This document shows, piece by piece, positions 27,751-38,167 of a stretch of DNA of 64,000 bases. The DNA is from Dehalococcoidia bacterium (GTDB lineage: Bacteria; Chloroflexota; Dehalococcoidia; Lucifugimonadales; GCA-2712585). Below the pieces are notes generated by a model. It was not told where the DNA came from, did not search any database, and saw only the letters and a list, made by a program, of their open reading frames with translations. The position numbers were made by a program, and so were the translations under genes. Position 1 is the first letter of the stretch. Each line of letters starts with the position of its first letter. The stretch is taken from assembly GCA_965207845.1 (NCBI GenBank), contig CBDBNU010000003.1, forward strand, positions 1,385,862-1,449,861, written 5' to 3'.

Positions 27751-28992
27751 TCAGATCTCCTTGTCCTTGGGCGGAGCAGAGTTTGTATCACTTTCGTCGT
27801 TTGCACCATCGTTTGGATCTTCCAGCCTATGTACCTGAGTTAACGCGAGGAATCTTGCAAACTTGGCGAAATCCCCCAGCAGGAATTCTCCCTCCCTGTT
27901 GTCCGAAGGGGAACTCCAGAACGTGTGTCGAATAGCCTCCCATTCTTCGCTCAGGGGTTGGCCGGGCTCCCACCGACCAGCAACTCCGCTTATGATTGCA
28001 CCGTCACGTGCGAAAACACTTAGATTTGGGCGTAAACGTGCCATAGATGCAACTGCTGCTTCTTCTCGGAGCGTCTTGTATTGAAACGCAAAGATTGCGG
28101 AATGGGCGTTTGCTGTCATAGCTTCTTCGAGCACGGCGCAAATGTGGGCATCAAAGAACGAAAAACCAGAGCACAAGAGAAGTGTATCGGGGCTCATGAG
28201 GAAAGAGCGTAACCGTTCGAACAGAGCGGAATACGGCTGCCTAGTAACTTGTTCGTACTTTAGATGATCCGGATAAATGAGTTCGGTTGCTATTCTGCTC
28301 CCGGTTCTGATCACCGTATCGCCGGAGATTTCCCAGCCGAGAGAACCGTGAAGCTTCCACAGGCGAGTCCAACGTGCGGGAAGTACATCGGTGGAGACAC
28401 TCGCGGCGTCGAAGAATGGCCTGTACGAACCGCTGAAGCCATCGAAGTAAGGAGCGCGTGCTCGTTCCAAAGCTTCTTCGACCAATAGGTCGTAGTTAGG
28501 GGTAAATATTTCTATGGGGTTTAGCCGCATTGTTCCGGAGATCCAGGAGGCAACCTCAGAATATGGATTGTGGCAATTCGGGAGAGTGGTGTTTACATTT
28601 TCCCCGATCTTTTCGCAAATGCGGCGGGCCATTGCATCGTATTTACTAGCGTCTAAGCCATGTACGCTGGCACTTCCTATCGCTTGGCCTAGTTTCCTAA
28701 CTTGAGTGAGAAGGGATTCAATGTTAATTGCCTGTTGTAGGTCCGACTTTAGAATATCGATGATGGCTTTGTCATCATCATCTAAGGCATTTACAACGGC
28801 ATCGGTTAGACCAGCGACATCAGGTATTAGGGGCCGGCCACCTTCTTCTAGTATGAAGCCATTCACATCAACCCGAATGGCAGTTGGAGCACCTGCACCA
28901 AGTAGGATCCCGATTCGCTTACGTCCCTGTGAAAGGATTTGACGCAAGTCTGCCATATAGCGATCTGGATTGTGGATTGTCTTATTCTGCAT
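27751..28992 (-). CDS. SIR2-like (SIR2_2) domain protein
   Basis: 413-aa ORF. RIGILLGAGAPTAI, TPNYDLLVEEAL and LWKLHGSLGW are typical of defence-associated SIR2_2 proteins. Confidence 0.85.
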   Translation of the reverse strand: MQNKTIHNPDRYMADLRQILSQGRKRIGILLGAGAPTAIRVDVNGFILEEGGRPLIPDVAGLTDAVVNALDDDDKAIIDILKSDLQQAINIESLLTQVRKLGQAIGSASVHGLDASKYDAMARRICEKIGENVNTTLPNCHNPYSEVASWISGTMRLNPIEIFTPNYDLLVEEALERARAPYFDGFSGSYRPFFDAASVSTDVLPARWTRLWKLHGSLGWEISGDTVIRTGSRIATELIYPDHLKYEQVTRQPYSALFERLRSFLMSPDTLLLCSGFSFFDAHICAVLEEAMTANAHSAIFAFQYKTLREEAAVASMARLRPNLSVFARDGAIISGVAGRWEPGQPLSEEWEAIRHTFWSSPSDNREGEFLLGDFAKFARFLALTQVHRLEDPNDGANDESDTNSAPPKDKEI

Positions 28993-29839
28993 TGGGTCAG
29001 AGTCGTCCTTTCCAATAGACCTATTGTAGGTGAGGGGAGAAGGGGGAGCAACTTATATTTGCTAAAGCTTGCTGAGGCCACCATTTGGGGAAAAATCAAG
29101 AGCCTTAACTCTAATTGTTGTTCTCAAGCAGTAGGTAGACTCTGCCGCTGACGCCGGCACTCGTTAGCACGCCGCGAGCCCACGATCCGGGATATCGACC
29201 TCATACCGTTGTTGTGACTGCTAATGCGTAGTATGGTGAGAGGCGATTCAACCTGAGTTGGACGTGGGATCAGTCGAGGAACTAGGCCCTTCTCGAAACG
29301 CAAAGCCTTAGCCTTGAGGCTATGGACTGCGTGTTAAACGCCCCTCTTTCGGATGTAAGAGACTATCACCTTGCACATCCGGAAAGATCGCTAACCATTG
29401 TCATTTTCGGTACCCAAGTGGTAAGGGTGGTTGCGCCTGGCCCGCCCCATACGTTGATACCGGCGATGAGACCGGGTGCATTACCTCCGCAAGTGAGGAA
29501 ACGATGCACAGGAAATCCCATTTGGAATGAAATTACTGACCAGCGTAATATGTACTTGAGCGGATGTGGACTTAGGAGGCCCAAACTTTCTACGAAATCG
29601 ACATCCTAAAGATTCTCTACTAGTCCGACGGCATAATCGAGACCTTCTACCTAGCTGTCTATCGGCAGATCAAACTGAGGCTGGAACCGCACATCATTGC
29701 CTGGTTCAAGTTCCAAAATCGTGATGGCATCGGATAGTCGAGGGAGAAGACTGACTTAACGAGACAAGGGCCCACCGGTATAGTATGGACGGAGGCGCAA
29801 GCGGCATATGGTAAGAAGCTCGACGCCAATTGGAGGAAC

Positions 29840-32800
29840 ATGTTGAACGACGAAAAACCGGAGTCCACTAAGGAATTGGATCCCACCTACGGAGTCCCTA
29901 CATCTTCAAGCGAGGGTGCGGAAGACCCAATTAACGACAAGATTGAGAGGGCGAGAAGGGAGCTTCTAGATCTGAGTCTCCGCAACCCACTGCTCAACTA
30001 CCGCCCACTTAGGTCTAGAGGTGTGGAAGTGGTTGATAAAATCCCGTCCCTCGTCTTTGACTTTCTGGTGCATAAGGGTCGCCGCATGTCTTTCTTGGCT
30101 CGCCAGGAAGATGATGAGCAGGAATCCCTTGACCTACCCGTACCTTCAAGCGAAGAGGCTCATGACGAATTAGACCAACCTGAAGAAGACGACAATGTTC
30201 CCGCTGCGCGGCACACTGATAGCCGTCTGCAAACCAATGAAACCGCCAGCCAGCTTCAATCTCGACTCCTCAAGACTCACCATGCTGTAACCACTCTGAT
30301 CCAAGAGCAGGGTGTCAACACCCTATTCATTGCTCTTGGCATGGTCGAATGGTATGCATCCAAGTCCAGCAACATCATGCGCCGAGCGCCACTGATTCTG
30401 GTTCCGGTAGAGATCGCTAGGACTGATGTCAGAGGAAGATTCCGCATTGCGTATACCGGTGGGGAGTTGGGAGCCAATCTCTCGTTTATTGAGAAGGTAA
30501 GGAACGATTTTGGCATAGCTATACCTAGCCTGCCCAATGATGAGGATCTTGACGTTAATCAGTACTTTGATGACGTTGCAACCCGCATAGAAGGGATGGA
30601 CCGCTGGTCCGTAAACCGTGAGAGCGTCATTCTCGGCTTCTTCTCGTTCGGCAAATTCCTCATGTACAGAGACCTCGATCCAGACATCTGGCCTGGCGGA
30701 TCGGGACACGGCCCTGACGAAAGCGACATCATCCGGGCCCTTTTCGGAGGTGGCTTTTCGGAACCTGATCCGAGGATTGGTGAAGGAGACCAATTGGATG
30801 ATCACCTCGGCCCTGAGGACATTCACCATGTCGTTGACGCCGACTCGTCGCAGGCGCTGGCAATCTTTGACGTCAACCAAGGACGCAATCTCGTGATCCA
30901 GGGTCCGCCGGGAACCGGTAAGTCTCAGACTATCATGAACATCATAGCTGAGGCGATTGGAAACAGTAGAAAGGTCCTCTTCGTCTCCGAGAAGATGGCC
31001 GCGCTTGAGGTAGTAAAACACAGACTGGACGGCATCGGTCTTGGAGTGGCGTGCCTTGAACTGCACAGCCACAAGACGACCAAGCGAACCGTCCTTGACG
31101 AGCTGAAGAAGACCTTAGGCCTAGGCACACCGACGGTAGGCGAAATAGAAGGTGATTTCGCTGGACTTACCCGCCTTCGGAACAGACTCAACACGTATGC
31201 CGACGCGGTTAATGCTCCCGTTGGTGAAACTGGAGTTTCTCCATATACGGCGTACGGCGAACTCCTTCGCATTCGAGAGCAAGAGCAAGAGGGCACACAT
31301 TTGCGGCGTGTGAACATTGTCGCCATCCGCTCGTGGACTGCGGCCGATTTCGAGTCCAAGCTAAGGGTCACATCAGAACTTCAAACCAGGCTCGCGCGGG
31401 TTGGGATCCCGGAACAGCACCTTTTCTGTGGTTCAAGGCTGCGTATACTATTTCCCAATGCCCAAGCAGTCCTTGAAGAGAGGATCGATAGCGCTATCGA
31501 GTCATTGGGAGCAGTAATAAATGGCGTACGCAGCCTTGCTGACGCTTTGGGACTGAGTGCACCCGAAGACCTGATGCGGACCGACACTCTGCTAGCTGTT
31601 GCCGTCCGAGCAGCAAAGGCCCCCAACATCCAAGGGATCAATCTATCCGCATTCCAATATTTCTCTCAGCGTGACGCGATGACGCGCGTCGTGGACGCCG
31701 GGGCAAGGTGGATCGTACTGCACTCTGCATTTGACGAGGTCCTGGAACCCTCCTCATGGGATGCTGATGTGTGTAAGACGCATGAAACTCTCACTGATAC
31801 CGGAAGCAGGTTTCAATCGCAAGTTCCACCACAATTTCATCTTTCTCCAAATAACCAGAGCGTGTCCCAAGAGTATATTGACGCGCCACTGCAATCACTC
31901 AAGACTCTGACTGAGCTACTCCACCAACTGGCTGACGCTTTGGGATTGAGTTCACCGAGAGATGGAGCGCAGGCCGAAAGTCTCGTGCTATTAGCCGAAC
32001 ATGCGACAAAGGCCCCAAATATCCAAGGTATTGACCTTTCCGCATTTGTGCATCAGCCGCAACTCCGCGAAATGAAGCTCCTTCTAGACGCCGGTAAATC
32101 ATGGGTTGGGTTGCACTCTAAGTACGACGACCAATTGGACCCAAGAGCGTGGAACGAAGACGTCCGACGGACGCATAATACTCTCTCGACGGCTGGACGA
32201 AGACCCTGGAGATTCCTGTCTCGGAGATACCACCACGCCCAAAAACATCTCTCGGAACTGTGTCTCATCGCACGCCCCGAAAGTATAGAGGACCGAATTG
32301 CGATCGTGGATGCGATTCTTCAGGAGCAGGAGCGTCGCCGCACAATTCAACGGTTGTCTGCGGCTGCCAAAGATATCCTTGGAACGAAGTGGGAGGGGAT
32401 AGATTCCGATTGGGAAGCCGTTGGCCAGATCATAGAGTGGGCGCTTGCCCTATTCACTGACGTAGATAACGGCACCATTGCGATTGACGCAGTCAGACAT
32501 ATGCGTGACGACATCGACGCACGGGAGATAGATGGCCTGCTGGGGAAGGTTGTAAGAGCTATGGGTTCCCATGCCCAGCGAATTGAGGTGCTTTCTTCCG
32601 TTTTCGCTCTGGACATTGAAGATGGACCCAGTATCCTGTCACTTCGCTTTGCTGAACAGGGTGAAATACTCAACGCATTGTCCAAAGAGAACATTGATCT
32701 CTCACGAGCGAATGTCCATCTCTCCAAACTATACAGAGCCGACCCACCAGACGGCGTCGAGCAGCAGATCGAGGTTCTGAATGGCATTCTTGAGGAGCAA

Positions 32801-35563
32801 GAGCTTCGACGGACCTTCGTCTCCCTGTCCCCTGTCGCCGGAAGTGCCTTGGGGCCAAAGTGGAAGGGTGAAGATTCCGATTGGGAAGCCCTTGGCCGGA
32901 TCGTAGAGTGGGCACTGGCCCTGTTTAGTGACGTATACAACGGCATCTTCCCGATTAGCGCCGCGAAGTCCCTGCGTGACGACATTGATGCGCAGGAGGT
33001 GGCCAGCCTTCTCGACAAGGTCAGGACATTGGTGGACTCTCACACCAACTGCTTGGACGAGCTCATAGCTTTCCTGGGGATGGACAGTTCCAGTCGATTC
33101 AAAGACTCCCCCTGCGTCCTTCTTCCCTATATGGGAGGGGCGCAATTCGAAGGGTTGATAGTCCTTCCATTTGCGACACAGGATGAAATCCTCACCGCTT
33201 GGTCCGTTGGGCTTAACAGTATTCATGACCTTGTGGGGTTCAACAGTGCGGCCCACGAAGCCACGGAGGAAGGTCTGGGAGAGCTGGTGGAGATCGGGGC
33301 GGAGTGGCCGGAGGCGGCTCGTTATCTGGAAAGCGTACTAAAAAGAGCATGGTATGAACATGTCCTCTCTCGCGCTCTAAAGGAGCGGCCTGCGCTCGCA
33401 AGCTTCGCGGGCAACATCCATGAACAACTAATAGAACAATTCTGTTCGATGGACGACATGGCGTTGGACCATAATCGAACCAGAGTAGCTTTATCCCACT
33501 GGTCACAGCTTCCCAAGTACGATGGCGGCGGACAACTTCGAACTCTGATGAGGCAGTTCGAGAGGAAGCGGGGGCATCTTCCAATCCGACAGCTAATGGT
33601 TCAGGCAGGGAATGTCATACAAGCCATCAAACCCGTGTTCATGATGAGTCCAATGTCTATAGCAACGTATCTGCCGCCAGGCAGCGTCAGCTTTGACTTG
33701 GTGGTCTTCGACGAGGCAAGCCAGGTCAGGCCCGTTGACGCTCTTGGAGCCTTAATGCGTGCTGACCAGTCTGTAGTCGTAGGTGACAGCAAGCAATTGC
33801 CGCCTACCAGATTCTTCGACAGCGTCACACAATCTGACGACGATGATGACGACGACAGCGTCGTCGCAGACATGGAGAGCATCCTGGGACTGTTCCGTGC
33901 CGAGGGTGCGCCTGGCAGGATGCTTAGATGGCACTATCGGAGTCGCCACGAGTCTCTGATAGCAGTGTCGAACCGGGAGTTTTACGAAAACGGACTCGTG
34001 GTCTTTCCCAGTCCCGACTCAAGTAGGGAAAATATAGGTCTTATGTATCATCATCTTCCAGACACCCAATATGACCGTGGGAGGAGCAGCACAAATCGCA
34101 GAGAGGCCGCCGCAGTGGCCACACATGTCATGGAACATGCCAGACGGAGACCTGAATTGACCTTAGGCGTGGCAGCATTCAGTTCCGCGCAGAGTGACGC
34201 CATACAGGATGAGTTAGAGAGGCTTCGCCGTCGGGATCCTTCCTGTGAGACTTTCTTCAATAACCATCCCGAAGAACCGTTCTTTGTTAAGAATCTGGAA
34301 AACGTTCAGGGGGACGAAAGGGACGTCATTTTCATCAGCATCGGATATGGGCGGGACGCTGAGAGACAGGTTGCCATGAACTTCGGGCCGCTTACAAGGG
34401 AAGGCGGCGAACGGCGCCTCAACGTTCTTATCACCAGAGCTAAGCAGCGTTGTCACGTTTTTACAAATCTGCGTGCAGTTGACATTGACCTAAATCGGAC
34501 CAGTTCTCGGGGTGTTAGAGCCTTGAAGACCTTCCTGGCCTATGCAGAAACCGGAGTTCTTGAGGACGTGGCTGGCGAGTCGGGGCGTGATGTCGACTCA
34601 CCGTTCCAGAGCGCGGTGGCGACCAAGCTCCGCTCATTGGGCTACGACATACATGAAGAGGTGGCAACGGCCGGCAAGTTCATAGACCTCGCAGTTGTGG
34701 ATAAGGAGCATCCTGGAAGATACATCCTCGGAATCGAGTGCGACGGGGCATCATATCACAGCTCCAAATGGGCGAGGGACAGGGACAGGATCAGAGAACA
34801 ACATCTACAGAATCTCGGCTGGAGGCTTTATCGTATTTGGAGCACTGATTGGTTCCACAACCCGGAGCGGGAGTTGGCTCGCGCAGTTGAAGCCATCGAG
34901 CGAGCTAAGGCGGCTACTCCTGCTGTAGGCCCCATGAAAAACAAGAACAGACCCCACATCAAGCGAACTGAAGATGGGGATGTGGCGTGTATTCTAACCG
35001 CCCAGCGGTACGTAATGGCGCAACTGGAGGTCAACATAGGACACTATCAGCTTCATGAAGCTCCTGTATCGCTCCTCTTTGATCCCATCGCTGAGATTGT
35101 CCAAGTCGAAGGCCCCGTGCATGTCAGCGACGTGCAGCGCCGAATCACCGAGGCCGTGGGTGTGGCGAGAATCGGCCACAGGATAAGGCAGAATCTCGAC
35201 TGGGCAATTGATAATGCCGTGCGAATGGGAATGGTCGTGAGGAAGGGCGATTTTCTTTGGCGTACAGACATGAAGGATCCCGTTGTGCGGGACCGTAGGG
35301 ATGTTAGAAGGAAGGGAATTGAGATGGTTGCGGAGGAAGAAATCGCCCAAGCTCTAAAAATGACTGTCAAACACTCGTATGGTATGGACCGCAAGGAGGC
35401 GACGATAGAGGCCGCTAGACTCATGGGGTTCAGGAATGTGTCGAAGAACATGGGTAACCGAGTTCTCCGAGTCATCGAAAAGTTGATCGAAAGCGGAGTC
35501 TTCGTGACTACAGGCACCCAGGTTACTATAGCCATTCGGCAGAACCCTTCAACTTCGGAATAG
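29840..35563 (+). CDS. DUF4011 / Upf1-like SF1 helicase (AAA_11/AAA_12) + Vsr/DUF559-like endonuclease + DUF3320 (Hhe-like single-gene defence candidate)
   Basis: 1907-aa ORF. LLDLSLRNPLLNYR (DUF4011), VIQGPPGTGKSQT, VVFDEASQV, VVVGDSKQLPPT, RWHYRSRHESLI, VQGDERDVIFIS, RRLNVLITRAK. The endonuclease is GKFIDLAVV...LGIECDGASYH...RDRIREQHLQNLGWRLYRIWSTDWF. Confidence 0.9.
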   Translation: MLNDEKPESTKELDPTYGVPTSSSEGAEDPINDKIERARRELLDLSLRNPLLNYRPLRSRGVEVVDKIPSLVFDFLVHKGRRMSFLARQEDDEQESLDLPVPSSEEAHDELDQPEEDDNVPAARHTDSRLQTNETASQLQSRLLKTHHAVTTLIQEQGVNTLFIALGMVEWYASKSSNIMRRAPLILVPVEIARTDVRGRFRIAYTGGELGANLSFIEKVRNDFGIAIPSLPNDEDLDVNQYFDDVATRIEGMDRWSVNRESVILGFFSFGKFLMYRDLDPDIWPGGSGHGPDESDIIRALFGGGFSEPDPRIGEGDQLDDHLGPEDIHHVVDADSSQALAIFDVNQGRNLVIQGPPGTGKSQTIMNIIAEAIGNSRKVLFVSEKMAALEVVKHRLDGIGLGVACLELHSHKTTKRTVLDELKKTLGLGTPTVGEIEGDFAGLTRLRNRLNTYADAVNAPVGETGVSPYTAYGELLRIREQEQEGTHLRRVNIVAIRSWTAADFESKLRVTSELQTRLARVGIPEQHLFCGSRLRILFPNAQAVLEERIDSAIESLGAVINGVRSLADALGLSAPEDLMRTDTLLAVAVRAAKAPNIQGINLSAFQYFSQRDAMTRVVDAGARWIVLHSAFDEVLEPSSWDADVCKTHETLTDTGSRFQSQVPPQFHLSPNNQSVSQEYIDAPLQSLKTLTELLHQLADALGLSSPRDGAQAESLVLLAEHATKAPNIQGIDLSAFVHQPQLREMKLLLDAGKSWVGLHSKYDDQLDPRAWNEDVRRTHNTLSTAGRRPWRFLSRRYHHAQKHLSELCLIARPESIEDRIAIVDAILQEQERRRTIQRLSAAAKDILGTKWEGIDSDWEAVGQIIEWALALFTDVDNGTIAIDAVRHMRDDIDAREIDGLLGKVVRAMGSHAQRIEVLSSVFALDIEDGPSILSLRFAEQGEILNALSKENIDLSRANVHLSKLYRADPPDGVEQQIEVLNGILEEQELRRTFVSLSPVAGSALGPKWKGEDSDWEALGRIVEWALALFSDVYNGIFPISAAKSLRDDIDAQEVASLLDKVRTLVDSHTNCLDELIAFLGMDSSSRFKDSPCVLLPYMGGAQFEGLIVLPFATQDEILTAWSVGLNSIHDLVGFNSAAHEATEEGLGELVEIGAEWPEAARYLESVLKRAWYEHVLSRALKERPALASFAGNIHEQLIEQFCSMDDMALDHNRTRVALSHWSQLPKYDGGGQLRTLMRQFERKRGHLPIRQLMVQAGNVIQAIKPVFMMSPMSIATYLPPGSVSFDLVVFDEASQVRPVDALGALMRADQSVVVGDSKQLPPTRFFDSVTQSDDDDDDDSVVADMESILGLFRAEGAPGRMLRWHYRSRHESLIAVSNREFYENGLVVFPSPDSSRENIGLMYHHLPDTQYDRGRSSTNRREAAAVATHVMEHARRRPELTLGVAAFSSAQSDAIQDELERLRRRDPSCETFFNNHPEEPFFVKNLENVQGDERDVIFISIGYGRDAERQVAMNFGPLTREGGERRLNVLITRAKQRCHVFTNLRAVDIDLNRTSSRGVRALKTFLAYAETGVLEDVAGESGRDVDSPFQSAVATKLRSLGYDIHEEVATAGKFIDLAVVDKEHPGRYILGIECDGASYHSSKWARDRDRIREQHLQNLGWRLYRIWSTDWFHNPERELARAVEAIERAKAATPAVGPMKNKNRPHIKRTEDGDVACILTAQRYVMAQLEVNIGHYQLHEAPVSLLFDPIAEIVQVEGPVHVSDVQRRITEAVGVARIGHRIRQNLDWAIDNAVRMGMVVRKGDFLWRTDMKDPVVRDRRDVRRKGIEMVAEEEIAQALKMTVKHSYGMDRKEATIEAARLMGFRNVSKNMGNRVLRVIEKLIESGVFVTTGTQVTIAIRQNPSTSE

Positions 35564-35721
35564 GATGCCGGAGGCCTCACCACATACCCGTCTCGTGGAA
35601 GCTTCCGAGGCGGCATACGCCTCTACAGTTGAAGCCGCCCGGTTGAGGCGCGAATCCCTCCGAGACTCTATAATCAGCCACATTGGCTCTAGACAGGAAG
35701 CGTAACCAGGAGGAGACAACG

Positions 35722-37251
35722 ATGCCCCTAACAACGCAGGAACTGGAATCCAAGCTGTGGCAGGCCGCCGACATCCTGCGCGGCCAAATCGATTCCTCTG
35801 ACTACAAGAACTATATCTTCTCCATTCTCTTCCTGAAGCGCCTTTCAGACCGGTTCGAAGAGGAGGTCCAGAACGCCGTTAGACACGGTCTGCCACGAGA
35901 TATAGCCCTCATCGACCGCGACGAGCACGAGTTCTTCGTCCCGGAAGATGCCCGATGGTCCACCATCACAACCGCATCCATGAACCTGGGCGAAGCCCTG
36001 AACGTTGCCAGCCACGCCGTCGAGGAGGCAAACACACCCCGCCTGGACGGCGTACTATCCCCAACCAACTGGAATGACGAATCCAAGCTGGGCAGTCCCG
36101 CCAACCGCGAGCGCATCATCCGCAGCCTGATCAACCACTTCGGCGACCTCGACCTGCGAGACGAAAACCTCAGGGTCGATTCCTCTGGCGTGGGCAACGT
36201 CTTGGGCGACGCCTACGAGTACCTCATCAACAGGTTCGCCGACGACGCCGGCAAGAAGGGCGGCGAGTTCTACACGCCTCGCCCCGTGGTTCGCCTCATC
36301 ATCGAATTGCTCCAGCCCGAAGAGGGCATGCGAATCTGTGATCCCACCGCCGGCTCCGGCGGCATGCTCATCTACGCCGCCCAGTATGTGCGGGAGCAGG
36401 GCGGAGACTACCGCAACCTCGCGCTCCACGGCCAGGAGCGCAACCTGGGCACCCTGGCCATCGGCAAGCTCAATCTGCTCCTTCACGGCCTGCGAGCTGC
36501 CCGCCTGGAACCCGGCGACGTCATCGCCGAACCGGGCCTGGTCGACTCGTCGGGCCGCCTCTTATCCTACGACCGCGTCATCGCCAATCCCCCCTTCAGT
36601 CTGAAGAACTGGGGGCACGACTTCGCACCCAACGACCCTCATCACCGCTTCGACCGCTACCAAGCCATCCCGCCCAAGACCAGGGGCGACCTGGCCTTCC
36701 TCATGCACATGCTCGGCGTCACCAACTCCCAGGGCATGGTCGGCGTGGTCATGCCCCACGGCATCCTCTTCCGCGGCGGCTCCGAGGGTTAGATTCGCAA
36801 GGGCATCATCGAGACGGACCTGTTCGAGGCCATCATCGGCCTGGCCCCCAACCTCTTCTCCGGCGCCAGCATCCCCGTCGCCATCTGCGTCCTCAACAAG
36901 GCCAAGCCCGCCGACCGACGCGGCAAGATTCTCTTCATAGACGCCGCGCAGGAGGGTTACTTTCGACAGGGCAAGGCTCGCAATTTCATCGACCCTGAGC
37001 ATATCGAAAGGATAGTCCAGGCCTACACAGCCTTCGAAGACGTGGACCGCTTCACCCATATAGCGGACATGGAGGAGATCGAAGAAAACGACTTCAATCT
37101 GAACATCAGCCGGTACGTGGACACCACCGAGCCGATAGAAGTGATGAGCGTTGAGGACGCCCTAGCGCAGCTTCGTCAGGCGGAGCGCAAGCGAGACGAG
37201 GCAGTGGCGAAGATGAACACCCTCCTGGCTGAGTTGGGGTTTGCCGATTGA
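35722..37251 (+). pseudogene. hsdM: type I R-M methyltransferase subunit HsdM with in-frame amber codon
   Basis: MPLTTQELESKLWQAADILRG.., DPTAGSGGML, NPPFS. TAG at 36790-36792 lies in GGSEG*IRKGIIE. The downstream ORF 37042-37251 is in the same frame and carries the HsdM C-terminus. ATG 35722 has an AGGAGG RBS. Confidence 0.85.
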
Positions 37252-37320
37252 CAATATCGGTGATTCTGGTCATCGCAATGCTACAATAATAGTCACGTGT
37301 GAGTGTAAAAGGAGAACGCT

Positions 37321-37518
37321 ATGGCAACGGACGGCAACTCAACCGGCGGCAGAACCATGAAGGCGTCAGAGTGCAAAGCCAAGTGCCTCCAACTCATGGA
37401 TGAGGTGGCAGAAAGCGGCACGGATAAGGGCCGGATGAGGATCATTGGCGACATCGTATCTCCCATGCCTGCCGAGTGGTTCGAGGATTCCGACGACTCA
37501 AGGAAGGAACTGTTTTGA
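37321..37518 (+). CDS. Phd/YefM-like antitoxin, apparently internally deleted
   Basis: MKASECKAKCLQLMDEVAESG...IIGDIVSPMPAEWFED resembles Phd/YefM-type antitoxins but lacks the central segment. Confidence 0.45.
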   Translation: MATDGNSTGGRTMKASECKAKCLQLMDEVAESGTDKGRMRIIGDIVSPMPAEWFEDSDDSRKELF

Positions 37519-37571
37519 TACTCCTGGACACTCACGTCATATTCTGGCTCCGAACCGGAATCTGCGTTTGA
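37515..37571 (+). pseudogene. 18-codon remnant of a VapC/PIN toxin
   Basis: TTGA start/stop overlap with the antitoxin. Hand translation (L/M)ILLDTHVIFWLRTGICV* is the canonical VapC N-terminus, then a stop. Confidence 0.45.
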
Positions 37572-37587
37572 GGTCGCAGGCCAGGCT

Positions 37588-37824
37588 ATGCCAACATTAC
37601 TGAGAGAAGGACCGTTTCGTTTCTTCTTCTATCTCGGTGACCGGGGAGAGCCTCCTCATGTGCACGTGCAGCGCGACAACAACATCGCCAAGTTCTGGTT
37701 GAACCCGGTTACCCTGGAACGCAGCGGAGGCCTGAGACGCTCGGAGATTCGCCGGGTTGAGCGCATCATCGAAGACCATCAAGACTCATTCTTAGGAGAA
37801 TGGCATGTACGTTTTAACGACTGA
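37588..37824 (+). CDS. DUF4160-domain protein
   Basis: 78-aa ORF. FRFFFYLGDRGEPPHVHVQRDNNIAKFWL matches the DUF4160 pattern. Confidence 0.8.
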   Translation: MPTLLREGPFRFFFYLGDRGEPPHVHVQRDNNIAKFWLNPVTLERSGGLRRSEIRRVERIIEDHQDSFLGEWHVRFND

Positions 37825-38167
37825 AGTCAGTGTGCCTGAGGCCATGTCAATTGCAGTGACGGAGGACACCCTCACTGCCGATCTCTCAGACGGCAGGACA
37901 ATCTCGGCGCCGTTGGCCTGGTATCCCCGCCTGGGGCGCGCAAGCTCCGAAGAGAGGGGCAACTGGGAGTTGATCGGCGGTGGTCAGGGGATCCACTGGC
38001 CTGATTTGGACGAGGACATCAGCGTCGAGATGCTGCTGGCGGGTCGGAAGTCCGGCGAAAGCCACCGATCCTTTCAGCAGTGGCTTGAGGCGAAGCAGGA
38101 AGGTCGGGGGTTAACGCTGTACGAACTCACCGCCCATGAGACGGAAAGGCAACGGGATAGTGACTAG
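37805..38167 (+). CDS. DUF2442-domain protein
   Basis: LTADLSDGRTISAPLAWYPRL...GIHWPDLDEDISVEMLL is typical of DUF2442. The real start may be ATG 37844 (MSIAVTEDTL). Confidence 0.7.
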   Translation: MYVLTTEVSVPEAMSIAVTEDTLTADLSDGRTISAPLAWYPRLGRASSEERGNWELIGGGQGIHWPDLDEDISVEMLLAGRKSGESHRSFQQWLEAKQEGRGLTLYELTAHETERQRDSD

